NCBI GenBank assembly: GCA_049999805.1
Contig: JBNGIO010002532.1
Coordinates: 1-37,324 of the forward strand
Origin: Folioceros fuciformis
Taxonomy: Eukaryota
Reading direction: 5' to 3'
Length of the DNA: 37,324 nucleotides
Shown here: piece by piece, positions 34,922 to 37,324 of the stretch
Layout: every line of letters begins with the position of its first letter
How positions within the stretch are numbered: the stretch's first letter is position 1
Translations under genes and position numbers: made by a program
The notes under the pieces: model-generated
The model's database searches: none
Seen by the model: only the letters and a program-made list of their open reading frames with translations
What the model was told of the DNA's origin: nothing

Positions 34922-37246
34922 CTACCGGAGGGCCTGCTGAAGCTGGAGGACTTGCTGTCTCTGTTCTATGGGTAGAGAGTTGATCTGCTCAGGTGTGAGA
35001 TTCATCACCTGCTGCAACAATGCCTTCTGCTGCTCAAGTTCTAGAGCTTGCAACTGCAACAGGGATGCATTCGAGGCTGGGTTAAGACTGGACGGCGGAA
35101 GTAGTTTATTCTTCAAGTGAGAGACTGTAGAGACACGTACTTGTGGTTGGGCTTGAGCCTGAGACTGGGCTTGGAGTTGGGACTGCTGCAGCCTTTGGGC
35201 ATACGATGGTGGCATCATGGATGTACTGCTCCCTAATTCATCACCTGATGCTGCAGTTGGTCGAGCATAAGCTATCCTGGAGCTGGCCTCGCCTAGCGGG
35301 CCGCCGGCCATTGACATGCCCATGCCACTACCCATATTCCCACTTGCCAGCAAGTGGCCACCGCTCATGGCCACACCCATTGATGCACCGAGGTTGCCAC
35401 TTGCTTGTGAGGGGTGCATGATTCCCGTGGCCATGCTGCTCAAGCCGCCACTCATTGCTGGAACCCTAGACTGAGGGACACCTAACATCCCTGAATTTCC
35501 TAACATCGCTCCTCCACCTATGTCGCCGCCCATCCGAGACGCAATCTGCGAAGAAAAAGACGAGAAACACGTCACCCACGCAGTCCACTCTGATAGGGAA
35601 CGAGAGAGGATCACACAAACTGAACAAAAGTGTTACCTGCTGCTGATAAGCCTGCTGACTCACAGGCTGGTTTGATGCGTGGGGTCCATGCTGGTAAGCC
35701 ATGGCAAGTTGCGCTTGAGAAATTGCAGTACCCTGCTGATGTTAGAAAAGAAAGAAAGTGACGGTGAGACGATGAGTCAATTAGGGCTCAAGCTACATGC
35801 TTCGTGTTAAGGGTGTTCTTAGCACCTGGAATGGGACATGCTGCTGGTTGGACGTGCCCTGAAAGCTCATACTCTGTAAAGGCTGCTGGATGCTTTGTGC
35901 TGCTGCTGCCGAGACTCTTGGCTGCTGCGATTGCAGCTGCGGGGCTAGTTGCTGGTTCAGTACACTAGTTGGCTGCTGGGAGAGAGATCCCTGAGCCTGC
36001 TGATTAGGTAGCACTGCAGACCCCTGAACGAAACTCGTCATTAGGAATGCAACCTCTACTGGAAACCCACAATAACATGGAAGTAACGCAAACATTGCAC
36101 GAGTACATACCCCTTGCATAGAAGGCTTGACCATGCCCAGCATAATTTGTGCCTGCCGAAAGCAAGAACAATGTCATCGACAGAGCTCTATGGAAGGCCC
36201 TGCAAAATCAGCATGCATGTGTCCAACACGTGTCACAACTTAGAAGAAAGCAGAGTAGACAAACCTGAAATAGTGCCTTCGTGAACTGAGGGTTTGAGAG
36301 AAGGAATTGACGAGCTTGCTGCTGGTTCTGTTCCAAAAAAGTCTGCATGTACATAAGTTTCCCTTGTTAGAGGACTTCAAGCTACAAAACCGCAAACAAG
36401 TAACATCTGAATACCAGAAAATATCAGAAGCGCATGCAGAGCCCGTCCAAAATCTACAGCAAACGTGAAGGGAAAAATACCCTCATCTGGACCATAACGT
36501 CGTAGAGTTGCGGCTTAGACATAGTAGCCAAGTGGTTGGTGAGGTCGGCGCCCCCATTCGACTGAGCGGGTCCATTCCCCTGACCCGCTCCTTGAGCTTG
36601 GCTCATCAGCATGGCGAGCTGCGAACCTCCTAGCGCGCCCGCCATCAAGGATGCTGCTGCACTTGCCGCTTGGTAGCCAATGGGCTGTTGGTCCAGAGGA
36701 CTATCCACGTTGTGCAGACCCGAATGAGTCACCTGCGGCGGCTGCTGCTGCTGCTGCTGCTGCTTTTGCACATCTGCAAAATGCGGTGCGAAAAACTCAG
36801 CTCATCCCCCTTTTCTAGACCTGCAGCAAGATCACCCGTGATCCCAAAACACCTACCGTATCCATAGGACGGTTGTTGCTGGAGCCCAGGGCCGCCGCGC
36901 CCCTAACGAACCACATAACAAGCAAACCCTAAGTCAGTAAGTCAGCAGTAGGAAGCCATCCGTATTCACCCCTCAAGTAGCCACACCCACAACAAAATCT
37001 TCATGTACGAACGAATCGAGAGGAGGCAAAGCCAAAGAAACGAAAGGAGTTCCGTTCCGAACCTGCTCTCTGTTCCGGTCTACTCCTCCTCCACCTTTTT
37101 CATTCTCGGCAAAATCAACGCGGAGCTGGCGACCGTTTATCTCATATCCCTGGAGATTCCGGCGAGCACTTAGCGCTGTCTCCTCGTCCCGGAACTCACA
37201 GAATCCGTAGCCTTTAGGCTTTCCAGTTTCCCTGTCGATCACAAGC
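34922..37246 (-). CDS. CSTF64: Cleavage stimulation factor 64 kDa subunit (5' end lies beyond the window)
   Basis: Exons 37246-37063, 36902-36857, 36773-36481, 36342-36265, 36152-36111, 36023-35826, 35735(or 35732)-35637, 35545-35141, 35053-34922. [39 protein letters not shown]; hinge [42 protein letters not shown]-terminal domain [29 protein letters not shown]. Confidence 0.95.
36742..36762 (-). repeat. (CAG)7 coding microsatellite, poly-Gln in CstF-64
   Basis: ctg x7 on the plus strand, inside exon 36773-36481. Confidence 0.9.
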
Positions 37247-37324
37247 CTGCGGAGTAGAAGAACAGCCAGGAGACAACATCATTACCGCCCCCGCACCCCT
37301 GTATCGCAAAAAGGACACTTTGCT

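Overview
Compact eukaryotic nuclear DNA from a non-seed land plant. Short (mostly 80-200 bp) introns and an arachidonate-type delta-5 desaturase point to a bryophyte, most likely a hornwort; this is inference. I hand-spliced five intron-rich protein genes, all on the minus strand: a plastid glucose-6-phosphate/phosphate translocator (GPT, 4 coding exons), xanthine dehydrogenase (14 exons), a cytochrome-b5-fused delta-5 fatty-acid desaturase (13 exons), an ACT-domain alpha-glucan phosphorylase (22 exons, one GC-AG intron) and a 5'-truncated CstF-64. The spacers hold decayed mobile DNA and repeats: an LRR pseudogene fragment, Ty3/gypsy integrase remnants (one fused to a PHD finger), minisatellites and a GC-rich block with a ~150 bp degenerate repeat. 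The best hidden signal is the oversized intron 11 of the desaturase. It carries two diverged box C/D snoRNAs sharing a 12-nt guide complementary to 25S rRNA (UGGUACGGACAA), so this lipid-metabolism gene appears to be a snoRNA host. Most ORF-track entries are antisense or intron read-through artefacts.
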